Assembly: GCF_041146345.1 (NCBI RefSeq)
Contig: NW_027191413.1
Location: 1,674,001 to 1,738,000 of the forward strand
Length of the DNA stretch: 64,000 nt
Origin: Neodothiora populina
Lineage: Eukaryota
Reading direction: 5' to 3'
A program made the position numbers and the translations under genes. The first letter of the stretch is position 1. Every line of letters begins with the position of its first letter. A model generated the notes under the pieces. It was not told where the DNA came from. It searched no databases and saw only the letters and a program-made list of their open reading frames with translations. Below, one piece after another: positions 11,356-23,460 of this stretch.

Positions 11356-12960
11356 TCAGTACGCCTCGACTGCCTGTACGGGAGCCATCTGTCCCATCGA
11401 AAAACCTTCTTTGGCAGCGAACAGGCTGCTGAGCGCATCGCGCACTTCGAACTCTTCCAGCACTGCTCCGAATCTGCGTGTCACACGTTAGCCAATATGT
11501 CACCGTCCGTCTCCAATTTTCAGTCACTCACCCGTAACAACGCACTTTTCCGGCCAAGTCTACCTTGACCAGCTCAAAGTCTTGCGCCGTCATCTCGAAC
11601 ACGCGCTTGCTCTGAAGGATCATCATCCATGCCATGACGGGTGTGATTTCACCCTCGAGCGGGAGCTTCGAGCTCAAGTCCAGCAACCTCATCAGATCCG
11701 GCGTCTTGAGATCAGGCATCTTGTGCGGGTAAGGCTCGTCCGGACTGTTCATTATGTGCGACGCCGGAGGGCAGGAAGCCATCAGGGCATGTCCACACAT
11801 GTGCTCGTGAGCTCCATCGTCTGATCGTTCCATTGGATGGTTGAAGGCTTTGCCTTCCGGATTATGAGAGCGGACCACAAGGTACTGCATATGCTCCATG
11901 CAGGGACGTTCGAGACTACGCAAAGACGACGTCAGCGCTATCGCTAGGGCCTATCTTGTGGAAGTGGTCGACAGCCTATCATTGACCCGGTGGAGGTGAA
12001 GGATAGGCCACGCGCTGGGGTTGCCCGTGGGAATCGTACGTCAAAACGAAGTCAATGCCAATCTGGTCATAATTCAGATTATTGTTCGGCACGTGACCTG
12101 AGCCCATCCCAGGTTGAGGATGTGCTGTCAACCCCTGCATCTCCGTCGAGTCCTGCGTCCGTAATCCTGGTGGACTGAAGCTGGACGCTGTCGTGTCGTA
12201 TCGATGACTGCCTGAAACACTTCCACTAGACGTCACACTGTACGATTGCGAAGGCATGGGTTGGTAGCCGGTGACCGGTGAGATGCTTTCGTAACTGATA
12301 CCATGTGCCGCGAGTAGTGCCTTGAGTTTCTGGTTCTCCGTGTCGACGTTGTCGCGATCACGTGTCGCGGATCCGTACAGTTCTTTGAGACGTAGCACTT
12401 CCTGTTCCAGGGCCTTGATGTACATTTCTTTACGCTCACGATGTGTTCTACTACCATCAGCTCCTTTCGTCGACCAATGTCGGCCCGGACAACTTGCTTA
12501 CCTTTGCGCCTGTCGATTAAGCTCCTGTCTGCGAGTCAAGGCAGGCTTGCTGTCAGGCTTGGGCCCACGACGCTTCGGCGCTTGGCCATCTGCACGATGT
12601 GTGAGTCTTCGTGTTGTACGGCCCAAGATCTGATCACTGACCCTTGGTTTGTTTCTGCGTCGTTGAAGCAAGATTCTTGAGAAAGGGAAAACCAGATAGC
12701 GGACTTTTCGAGTCTGCAGAGTCACTGGCAGCTGGTGAGATGTACATTAGCTGCTGATTGCCTGGAGGAGATTCTCCGTTGTAAGGACTAGCCACTGCCA
12801 TGACCATTACAGGCGGATAGATGGCTTGATATGACGCTGGGGCCGCAAGACAGGTGGGGGGAGGGAGCCAAATATAAGGTGGATTAGCGGGAAAAAGGAA
12901 GGACGAACCATAATCCGCAACACCACTCGCCGCTCTCGGTCCACTGATGGGAGTGGTCAT
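11356..12960 (-). CDS. flbB: bZIP transcription factor, FlbB-like; 5 exons (start codon uncertain)
   Basis: Introns 12590-12641, 12448-12501, 11916-12039 and 11474-11531. Spliced bZIP DGQAPKRRGPKPDSKPALTRRQELNRQAQRTHRERKEMYIKALEQEV and C-terminal LERPC..GEITPVMAW..KVRCYGFGAVLEEFEVRDAL match FlbB as I recall it. Confidence 0.85.
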
Positions 12961-14067
12961 GCTTTACGTGCAGTAGTCTACTTAAGACATAAACGTAGGA
13001 TGACGCTGGTCTGGACCGCTTTAGCCTATGGCCGTTAGCTACAGTACTTTAGCTCCCGTAATTTCCGTCGCAGGTAAACTCGCACAATAAGGTATTTGGA
13101 AGACTCGATTGGCGTTCTCGTTAGATGTGCATTAGGTTGACAATTTGGAGTATCGGTTCCTATGCTCATTGACTTTGGGAATAGGGCGTAGAATAAGGTA
13201 AATGCTCTACTCACAAGACTTCGGTATGATCCGTTCCGCGGACGACCTGAATCTAATACAATTGGGCTTGGCAAGGGCAGAGAGGCTTTGGTAACGCCTG
13301 CCAAAGTAGGGTGCGAAAGTGAGGTTGCGTGAGACAGCCGTTTTTATCCAGTTCGAGATGCAGCCGAGCAATCTGCTGAAACGGACTCGACTTCGGACCC
13401 GGAATGTTCGTGATGTATATGAGTGAAACCTGTGAGAAGAGATTATGATTGGAGATCGCAGCCAGGGCAATACGATGCCGAGCACAATGCCTGGACGGTC
13501 AAATTTGATGAAAGGACAGGTCCCCCTGCAAAAGAGGTCCTGTGGTTGCGAATTGCTGTGCCTGTATGACGCTTATACGGCATTAAACCGATACCTGCAT
13601 ACGCACAGAGGACACGGAAAAGTGGGTAACCATCAACCCGAGGCAGAATGTCGATGGATGCGCGGCGGATAGCAACCACAGAATGCTTTGCGATATGGTT
13701 CGAGGTTCGAGTAAACGTACGATGAGAACATGCGAGAAATGTAGGAGAGATTTGCGGTGCTTCTACCTTAGCTCCTACTATACTGTAGGTTCTAAATCTC
13801 GAGGCGAAACGATCGCTCCGAGTCAGAGAGGAGGTCTGAGCGCAGTAATCACCTTTCACCTCCACAGCTCCGTGCCTCAATGATAAGCGCGAAGGTCCGG
13901 TCCGCTTTTGACGGGGCACGCGGCTCACCGCATCCCACGATTCGTCGTGCGCGAATCACAAACGAGAGGTCGGGGATCTGCTTACTTCGCCTTTGTCTGT
14001 CTCTACAGCCTACTGCTAGCCGTCACTCTGGCGTAAGCATCACGCGTTCACGCCGCTGCTTCAGGAC

Positions 14068-15062
14068 ATGCAGTCTCAATCATCATCGAGTTGGTGGCTC
14101 GGCGCCTGTCTGTGTGCTAGGGCACTGTCGCTCGTCCTGCCTTGGCTGGTGCACCTGCTAGTAGCGGACGTGCTGCTATCGCTGTTGCTACCTCTGAAGT
14201 ATCTGGACCCCTCTCGTGTCTATCATGTCGCTTCTGCCATCGCGGAACCGGTTTGGGCTGGCATACAGCGAATATGCCTGTATCACAACGGGGCCGTCAT
14301 AGGCACTTCAGGTGACAAGTTACCTTTCCAAGAGAGTGCAATAGTTGTGAGCAACCATGTCGCATGGAGTGACTTCTACCTTATTCAGGAAGTCGGCCAA
14401 AAGACCGGCATGCTCGGTCGATTTCGATGGTTTGCTAAGAAAAGCCTGAGATATGTGCCTTTCTTGGGATGGGGCCTCTGGGCCATGGGCATGCCTCTGA
14501 TAAGTAGGCGATGGACAGAGGACCGCGAGGAGATGAACCGTCTGTTTGCAAATGTACGGAATGGAAAATTACCTATTTGTATGTTCGGATGAATTACATA
14601 GCCGAGTATTCTCTTTCTCGATCTCAATCTTCTGATATGCTTCCAGGGCTTATCTTCTTCTGCGAAGGCACACGGTATAAACCAGAGGCGCATCGACAGA
14701 CGATGGCTTGGTGTAAGGCGAATGATCGTCCGATTCCAAAATATACCCTGTTCCCACGCACCAAGGGGTTCGTTTCCACTGTACAGCACATGCGTAAATC
14801 GCACATCACAGCGGTGTATGATGTGACCATTGCGTACGCAGACGAGAGATCTTTCATGTCTGCGCCGTCGTTCTTGCAGACACTGTATCTGCCCGAAATC
14901 AGAAAGCGCTTTCGAATGCACATACACACAGAGCGATTCGAGCTTGCGTCTCTGCCTGCGACAGACGAAGGCCTTGCAGAATGGTTAGAGAAGAGATGGG
15001 TAGCCAAAGGCGAGAAATTGGTAGCATTGAAGCAGGAGCTTGACCGTGGACATCCATGGTGA
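14068..15062 (+). CDS. PlsC-family lysophospholipid/1-acylglycerol-3-phosphate acyltransferase; 2 exons
   Basis: Catalytic motif NHVAWSD (NHxxxxD), FAKKSL..VPFLGWG, FCEGTR, LFPRTKGF and VYDVTIAY; intron 14579-14646. Confidence 0.9.
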
Positions 15063-15425
15063 ATGCTTTTCCACTGCTGCGCCATCGAGCGTCATTGTCA
15101 GCTACTGCTCGAATGAGAACCGGCGTGTCACATAAGATGAAGCGATGGATATCAGTGGTCAGTGGATGATGCATAACACGTCTCTTGAATCTGCTAGAAT
15201 GCACGAAGATTCTCAATGATTCGTTTCCTATTTACAATCCTCACTTTCTCCTCATCCGGAAGTGTAATTGTGAAGGTCCAACACTCATCTCTAAACCTCA
15301 TGCTGTTGACATCCCACTTTACCTATAAAGGGGAAACTCCTACATAACAGCATTCTAGTCCTCCTCATCCGCAAGAAGTCAACGTACGACTCTCTTGCCC
15401 TGATTCAAACAATCACAACACAAAG

Positions 15426-16165
15426 ATGGCACCCAACGTACGCGGCCAGTCAGAAGATGTTGACAAGTCTCACCAGCATCAAACTCATCGCAAATCTAAC
15501 CAGCCACAGATCTCTGGTGCTCGGTACGTGGACGGCGGCTGGACATCGACTGCAGCAATATCACTAACAAATGCAGTGCAATCGACAACGACAGCCTTCG
15601 CCAATTCTTGAGCGGAGCAACTCAATTATATCAACATTATGGCCAGCTCGACGAAGCTCTGAAGGAAATTACTGCTGCGATCATTGCTATATATCGGCGT
15701 CAAGGCGATGTTGAAGGCAACCGTCCATCAGTCACTGTCGCAACTCTGTTCCAAACTCTGGGCAAGGCTTCACTAGCGTTGAGATCTAGGCTGGATGATA
15801 TGAAGCCACTGATGCTGGATAGGCAAAACATGGCCTTAATCCACATCGACGCAGGCCATGTAGGCTCAGCCCTTGCAGCCGTCAACGACGTCTATTCTCT
15901 GCTTATGGAAGGCCATCGAAGTATATGTAGATTCGATGAAATTGTCAACAAAACCATGGACAAAGCCGAGGCAGTGGCCAAAAGCAAGACTAAAGTCAAA
16001 TTCGATGTCGAGAGTGAGCTTCAAAAGCTAGAGTACCCGCAGGCAGTGTCCCAGTGGAAAGGTGCATTTCAGCAATGGCTCGACACATCCAAACAACCAA
16101 TGTGGGTGTTGCAGGATCGTGGAGGTGGAGAACATCTGATTGCGCAAGGCCTAAGTAACAACTAA
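15426..16165 (+). CDS. Hypothetical helical protein (~228 aa); 2 exons
   Basis: Intron 15524-15576 (GTACGT..CTAAC..CAG) joins ORF 15426 in frame to ORF 15608; TATAAA about 100 nt upstream. No family recognised. Confidence 0.7.
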
Positions 16166-17001
16166 AAGCGCGGCATAAGCGGAGGCGCATTCCTTCGGCA
16201 CACTTTCAGTTCGAAGAGATTCTTGCCAACAGGGAATTGCCGACCAGGAAACCTGTCAGCATACATGCATTGCCACGGGGCGTCTTATGAGCTAGACTTT
16301 ATCATTCAACACAACTAAATGGAGCTTCGGCAAGGACTGACTTCAAACATGTCAACGAAATTCCTTGAAATATGAGAGCGTAGTGACCGTAATGATAATG
16401 CGGTGGCTGTACAAATTCAGCCCCCCTGCCTTCGAAGCGATGTGAATGTCGTACTTGCCAAAGCCAAGCTGCAGGGGGCCCGTCTGAATTATGCACTCTC
16501 GGTAAAATGAGATAAAAGTATCCTCCACTTCTGCGCCTATGATGTGCGCTGACAGGTACGTACTGCAGCAAAACACATGTCAAGTCAGGCAGATAGTTCA
16601 GCTCGCAACACGTCACACGTGGGTTACACGCTGCTAGCGCATAGAGACAAACCCTCTTCGCTTCATCTTTCCCATGATCAACTTTAGTCCGCCCCGCAGC
16701 CGTATATCAACGGAATGGGACCCATAATTGCCGTTCCTGCTGTTCGTAGCCTTCCGTTGGCTGGTCACAAATGTTCTTATACGAATATATGATAGTGGCG
16801 CGGTGACCAAAGAGTCAGGGCACCTGTAGTTTCATCTGTCTCCTGTGTTCGGAGCTAGTCCAGAGTGGACCATGAATGCATCCGCAGGCGCAACTGAAGA
16901 CAAGCTCATCGTTTAGCGACTTTGCGACGAACACACATGCAGCCCCGGTCATTGTCAATAAGTCCATTAGCCATCATAGAATATTGGCCTAGGTCCAGGT
17001 G

Positions 17002-18285
17002 ATGCCTCCAGGATATGCCTTGCCTGACTCCAGCGATCAACGGACGTCCGCTGCCCCTCAAATGCCTAGATTCGCCGGCTACAACGACGCAGGAATTCAC
17101 AATGTTGCCTCGCGCGAAGTAACCTCGGCTGCCTTATCACCTGGTCTTGGAAAGACACCCGATTCCAAAGTGTTTGACCTCACCAATACAGACTATTCAT
17201 CCAAGATCTCCGCCGAGGCTGGTGTAAAGAACACCCCGAGGAGAAGCTCGACGGGCACAGCATTAGGCCCGAGCGAATCCACGTTTAGAGGAGCAATCAA
17301 TGATAAGAAGAAGAAGCATAGTTCTCTCCTAAGCCGATTCTCTCTGAAAGAGCCGTCGACTTCCGCTCTAGAAGAGTTCAAGAAGCAACAACAAAAGCAA
17401 GCCGCTGCGAAAGGTGGTAGAGCGGCCGCTGTCGGGCTTCCCGGCATATCGACTCAGAAGTTACCACCTACAGTTCCGAAAGTCAACAGTAAGTGGGATG
17501 GACTGCCATCGCCCATAACAGTTAGGGCCACATTCAACCAAAAGAGAGATTCAGGCTTTACAATAGCTTCGCGGACGAGCGAATCATCTTCATCATCCCA
17601 CTCAAGTTCTCTATTGTCAGTACATTCCACCGGAACAAGTCGAGGTCGACAAAGCTCGTTTCTGCGCCGGCCGAGTACTAGTGGTGCTGAAGAATCCCAC
17701 CTACGGACTGAAAGGTCACATGCATCTGAGCACCACTCTCGACCACATCAAAGGCTCGGCAAGCAACGCTCTGATTCCGTTGCCGAATCTTCGTCCTCAT
17801 CGTTGCTAGTTGTACATGAGGATGTAGAGGCCTTTCTGGGACTCCAGACGCAGCATAACGTCGATTTCCCTCATGGCAAGACTGGCGGCGTATCAGAACT
17901 GCCCGGAAGCATTATAGACGAGAACATCAGACCGTTCGGAGAGCCCGTCACCCGTTCAAATATGAATCTCTCGGGAGTCCGAAACACATCACCAGATCAT
18001 CATCGCGTGGAGGCTGTGCTACAAGAGACCCAACTCAATACACAAGGAGAGGTTTCGACGATCAGCGTAGACGACGCAACGAAGGAGAAGAGACTTAGAA
18101 GCAGCCCAGCGCAGATGAATCACACAAAGCATCAAAGACAACATTCGGGACCGCAGTTGCGAAGAGGGCAAAGCAATGCCGACATCCTACCTTGGGAGGC
18201 CTTTGAGCCACCGCCGCAGATGCCAGACGTCCCGGTCAAGAAAGAGACGAAAAAGAGGGGCATCAACTTGTTCGGAAAGAAATGA
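17002..18285 (+). CDS. Hypothetical Ser-rich protein (~427 aa)
   Basis: Long ORF. KEPSTSALEEF and KLPPTVPKVNSKWDGLP resemble a recurrent motif of uncharacterised Pezizomycotina proteins. The true start may lie upstream (see findings). Confidence 0.7.
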   Translation: MPPGYALPDSSDQRTSAAPQMPRFAGYNDAGIHNVASREVTSAALSPGLGKTPDSKVFDLTNTDYSSKISAEAGVKNTPRRSSTGTALGPSESTFRGAINDKKKKHSSLLSRFSLKEPSTSALEEFKKQQQKQAAAKGGRAAAVGLPGISTQKLPPTVPKVNSKWDGLPSPITVRATFNQKRDSGFTIASRTSESSSSSHSSSLLSVHSTGTSRGRQSSFLRRPSTSGAEESHLRTERSHASEHHSRPHQRLGKQRSDSVAESSSSSLLVVHEDVEAFLGLQTQHNVDFPHGKTGGVSELPGSIIDENIRPFGEPVTRSNMNLSGVRNTSPDHHRVEAVLQETQLNTQGEVSTISVDDATKEKRLRSSPAQMNHTKHQRQHSGPQLRRGQSNADILPWEAFEPPPQMPDVPVKKETKKRGINLFGKK

Positions 18286-19439
18286 TATGAATGAATTTAC
18301 GATCGAGCGCAGCATCATATAATGTTTGAGATTATCACCAACGCAGCGTACATATCTGTCAGTACCGCAGCTTGTTCATATGTAGATATATCCAATAGCA
18401 TACTCATTGCACATATAAACCTGGTATCGCAGCTGCAATCAATAGTGCAAGCATATCGTAGTGATACGCTAGACAGTCACCGAGCATCATACGTGTCAGG
18501 TCCATACATGCTGATCCTCATCGGCTGGAATCACCTCATCGACAACGTGAATCAATATTTATGGCTTGAAGGTAAATTGAACATTTCGGAGTTGCGTTTT
18601 ACCATAGGACGAGGAAGGGCGCCATACTTCTAGATGGCAGGTAAGCTATAAGCTAGCCCAAATGGGCTAGATCATGACTTCTCACTGCAAGAGAGTCGAT
18701 CGATTGACCGACGACCAAGACATACCAAAGAACGATTCCAGTGAAGTGGTCTTTCCCCCTTTTCGTACTACGATCTTGGGGCAGCGGTATCGCAGCCTTC
18801 TCGGTGTTCTTAACACAACATGTAGACTGATAAGAGCAAATGATTCTCGCGATTGATACTCTATGGCCTTGCGTACGTCCCACAGTGGTTGCATGGAGTC
18901 AAGTCTCCGACTACGCACTTGCAGTGGGCACTTACAAGTATTTCAGTATAGATATACAGGGATAGTTTTGGTGCAGAATTGATTGGATTACCTCTTCCTA
19001 AGGAAGGGAAAAGGCCCTCGACTGTATACACTAGTCACTCGAGTACCAGGCTCCTTGTAGATCTGTCAAGAGGCTCAGGTTTATCCAGCCCTCTCAACAA
19101 CATCACTAGGTCGATACTTCCACCTCTCGCTGATTTGGGCTCTAAAGTGTCATCTGCGCAGTGACATCCCAAGACCGTCACCAGTCGACGACATTGCGTT
19201 TAGGGAAGAATGATTCCATCCGACTCTCAAAGTGAGGTGTTTTGATGGATCAACAACAATTAAAATGTTTTTTTTTCTTTTATTGCTTAGGAGATCTATA
19301 TAATTCATGTGTGCGACCAAGACATCAAGAAGAATAGGTACGGTCTTCTCCCATTGATATGTTCCTTATTCATCAGACCTTCCAAACGCCGTCCCCAAAC
19401 CCAAAAAGTACAACAACATCGCAATCTGAAATGATTGCC

Positions 19440-20205
19440 TTAGACAGCAAGGTAACCAAGAATAGCGGCGACACCCAAAAGTCCGTTAAGTTCAAGTGCG
19501 CTTGCCGCGCCGACTGTAGGAACAGGGGGCACAGTGGACGCAGATGCGGGTGGCGAGACGGTGCTGCTGGGCGCTGAAGTCACGACAGTAGAAGAAAGAA
19601 GGGTAGTGGCCTTCGAGGAGGTGGTGGGTGGCTTCGTAGAGCTGCTCACAGCCGAAGACACACTGCTGGATGCAGGAGGAGCAGGAGCCGACGAGGAAGC
19701 CACAGTGGTGGCAGTCGTCTTTGGTGGGGGAGCGGAGCTAGCTGCAGAGCTGCTGGACACAGTTGGAGGTACACTAGCCTTAGAAGTAGCCGGAGGAGGT
19801 GCGGACGAGCTCGCAGGAGGCGATGCAGACGAACTAGCAACCGAAGAGATCATCACACTAGACGAAGACAGTGCCGTCGTGGACTTGGATATGACCACAT
19901 TTGGAGTTGGTGGGGCTTGGATCTGGCCATCAGAGATCTTTCGGAGCAAAAGATGTTAGCATGTTCATCGTGAACAGTCTGTGAGAGGTCGAAATTTGCT
20001 TACCTGAGTTACGAGATGAATGGACGATACTTCAGACTTGACCACGGTTGTAGTAACCTTGGTAGGACCTTGGATCTTGGATGAATTAGCGACTTTGGTA
20101 ACATGCAGAGATAAACAGCCTACGAACCTGGCCATCACCTATTTGAGTGACGATTTGAGCAGAAGCAGCCGCGACTACTCCGAGTACGAGTGCTGTAGTA
20201 CGCAT
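19440..20205 (-). CDS. Secreted Ser/Thr/Pro-rich cell-wall protein with two PIR repeats and a GPI-anchor signal; 3 exons
   Basis: Signal peptide MRTTALVLGVVAAASA; introns 20076-20127 and 19938-20003 give QIGDGQIQ and QISDGQIQ PIR repeats; C-terminus GAASALELNGLLGVAAILGYLAV. Confidence 0.88.
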
Positions 20206-21807
20206 ATTGAGTATGAAAGATTGAGCACAAGAGACACTAGCAGAGCTATATTGTTTCGTAGAGAGCGAAGGGCAAGCAAGCCAAAGGAATGTATCTAGAG
20301 CACCGGCAAGAAAAGAGTGATAATGCTGGAAGCTTTTAGATTGAGAAATGTAGGATAAGGGGAGATCAGCTATATACTTACATGCTATCTACACGGACTC
20401 GTTCGACGTTTGTGCTAACATTTGCTGGCCAAAACGTACAGGACTGTTAAGACGAGTGGCTCAGGACCAAACGACTGATATCAAAGCCTATTTGACCTGA
20501 CTAGTCGATTAGCGAGAGCAACGACCCCATGATTGGATCCCCAGAGCGTGCAGCACCCAGACTTGGACAAGTCGCATACTGGGGACCAGCTGTGTTGATC
20601 TTTCATCGATTCTATGAAGCATATCTAGACATGTTTTAGTCTTGCTGTATGCTCTGCTCCACAGCTTGTTATTCACACAGCATACCTGGAACACTGAACA
20701 TATAGCAACGAGCCACATGTACTTCCGCGCAACGGCGCGTGCAAAGCTAATGCAGAATCAGGGGTAAGAGAAAAAAAAGTTCGTCCAGCCAACGGAACGT
20801 TTTGCATCATGCAACCTCAGTACCTCGTGAACATCTCTAGGGGCTGGGCATTCTATCGATGTGTATGTCCTAGTGCGGTCCGCAATTTCATGGCCCTGCA
20901 TGCCTTTTGCATGGAATGTCTCAGGTTGCAACGTCGTACTCATTCCTCGAGTATTTTCTGCATAGTCCGAGAGCAACGAGAATACTTCAAGCAAATGAGT
21001 AATGACATGTTCGAGGTCCCGTCTACATGTAACCATGTGTACCTCAAGGATGCGCAAATTTGTTGTTGAAAGATTTGGCACATAGCATTTTTTGGCATTC
21101 ATGTTTTGCAGCATTGAATCCGTTGAAGATCAGCCGCGCTCGTGGTGATGCCCCAATAGTGGCGATGAACCAGAAAAAACATCAGCACCATACATGCAAA
21201 AATGGTGAAAATATCCATTACAGAGATGTAGCCATGTTGAGCAAGGATTTGGAGTGTCGTAAACTTCTGCACGTGTTATGAGTTACGAAAGCCTGTCATG
21301 ATGTGTCTGCCTCTTGAACAGCACAATCCTCTCTTGTTGGCACAAAACAACCAAGGAGTTGGGCAAGTGACATCTTGCCATGCATATGCATCTCTCTCGA
21401 GTATCGTATTGCAGATCATGATGGGTACCTTACGGGTGTGATCATTTCCGTCTCGACATGCAATACTGCGAAATGCTTTATTATCCGAGTATGATCAAGA
21501 AGATGATCGTGTGTGTATTCGTCTCGCTGGAATGAGTACCTCAAGTATTCAAGTTTCAGGGGCACCCTGTCCAAGCCGTGACGCAGACCCGTGCACGGAC
21601 AGGTGCGCTGCGATAAGATCAAGCGAGCTTCTCCCGACGACGGCCAAGCTTCTCGCCAAGAATAAGAAAATCACTGCTCCAGCTTAGAACATTTTCCTAC
21701 ATGCACGTATAGAGGTAGAGAATCTATAATCGCGACCGACACTTCACCCTCTCGAGCGAAAACTTACCTAGCGGATCGCCACATTTAATCATCAATCAAT
21801 AGACACG

Positions 21808-23460
21808 ATGAGCAGCGCTCTCGTGAAGACCGAAGATGCGGTCATCAAGCCCGAGAATGTCGGTCCTTCCGTAGACACCAGCAACTGGCCGCTCTTGCTG
21901 AAAAACTGGGATCAACGTAAGCATCTTTTTTCTGCCCTCTTATGTTGCTCTCTCGCGGCTCTAGCTAGCAGCTCGACGCCACGAGGGCTCGAGTCCTCCG
22001 AGTCGATCAGCCTACTCTGCAAGTTGCAATGGCCTGGAGAACGTCAGCTAAATTTCGCAATGCAGTCCTTGTTCGCACCGGCCACTTCACCCCAATCCCT
22101 GCCGGTTCCACTCCCCTCAAGCGCGACCTCAAGTCGTACATCTCCAGTGGTGTCATCAACCTCGACAAGCCCTCCAACCCCTCCTCTCACGAAGTCGTCG
22201 CCTGGGTCAAGCGCATTCTCCGTTGCGAAAGAACTGGACACTCCGGTACCCTCGATCCCAAGGTCACCGGATGCTTGATCGTGTGCATTGACCGCGCTAC
22301 CCGTCTTGTCAAATCTCAGCAAGGAGCAGGAAAGGAGTACGTTGCTGTCATCAGACTCCACGACAAACTCCCCGGAGGCGAGAAGCAGTTCGCGCGCGCC
22401 CTCGAGACCTTGACTGGTGCTCTTTTCCAGCGCCCTCCACTTATCTCTGCCGTCAAGAGACAGCTCCGTGTCAGAACCGTTCACGAGAGCAATCTTTATG
22501 AGTTCGACAACGAGAGGCAACTCGGTGTGTTCTGGGTCTCTTGCGAGGCTGGAACCTACATCCGTACCCTCTGTGTCCACTTGGGTCTTCTTCTTGGTGT
22601 TGGTGCTCACATGCAAGAGCTGAGACGTGTGCGATCCGGTGCCATGGACGAGACCAAGGGTCTTGTTACTCTGCACGATGTGCTCGACGCCCAGTACGTC
22701 TACGACAACCAGCGCGACGAGAGCTACCTCAGAACTGTCATCAGCCCTCTTGAGACCCTTCTTACCAGCTACAAGCGTATCGTCGTCAAGGACTCTGCCG
22801 TCAACGCTGTCTGCTACGGTGCCAAGCTCATGATTCCTGGTCTTCTCAGATACGGTAAGTGACAACAATGCTTGAGATAACTTGCGAGATCGGCTGCTAA
22901 CAACCATTACAGAGGCCGGTATCGAGATTTACGAGGAGGTTGTGCTCATCACTACCAAGGGTGAGGCTATCGCCATTGCCATTGCCCAAATGTCCACCGT
23001 CGAGCTTTCGTCTTGCGACCACGGTGTTGTTGCCAAGGTCAAGCGTTGCATCATGGAGCGCGATCTGTACCCCCGCCGCTGGGGTATGGGACCTGTGGCC
23101 ACCGAGAAGAAGAAGATGAAGGAGAGTGGCAAGCTTGACAAGTTCGGTCGCCCCAACGAGCAGACTCCCGCAAAGTGGAACACCGAGTACAAGGACTATA
23201 ACGCTCCTCTTGCCGATGGTGAGTCAGCCCCAGCAGACGCTGCTGCTACCGTCAAGGAGATTGCTCCGGCCACCGAGGGTGCCAAGGACACATCCATGGA
23301 AGACGTGCCTGCCGCCACTGAGAAGTCGGACAAGAAGAGGAAACGCGACGGCGAGACAGCCGAGGAGAAGGCCGAGCGCAAGAAGAAGAAGCAAGAGAAG
23401 AAGGAGAAGAAGGAGAAGAGAAAGAGCAAGAGCAAGGACGAGAGCAGCGATAGCGAGTAA
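21808..23460 (+). CDS. CBF5: H/ACA snoRNP pseudouridine synthase Cbf5/dyskerin; 3 exons
   Basis: [49 protein letters not shown] domain and KKE tail; introns 21917-22065 and 22855-22912. Confidence 0.97.

Noticed and set aside
22044..22907. Long antisense ORFs (also 8118-8930, 42800-43600, 50293-51255, 59147-60100)
   Set aside because: They mirror well-supported genes on the other strand, lack recognisable motifs, and are expected from codon bias.
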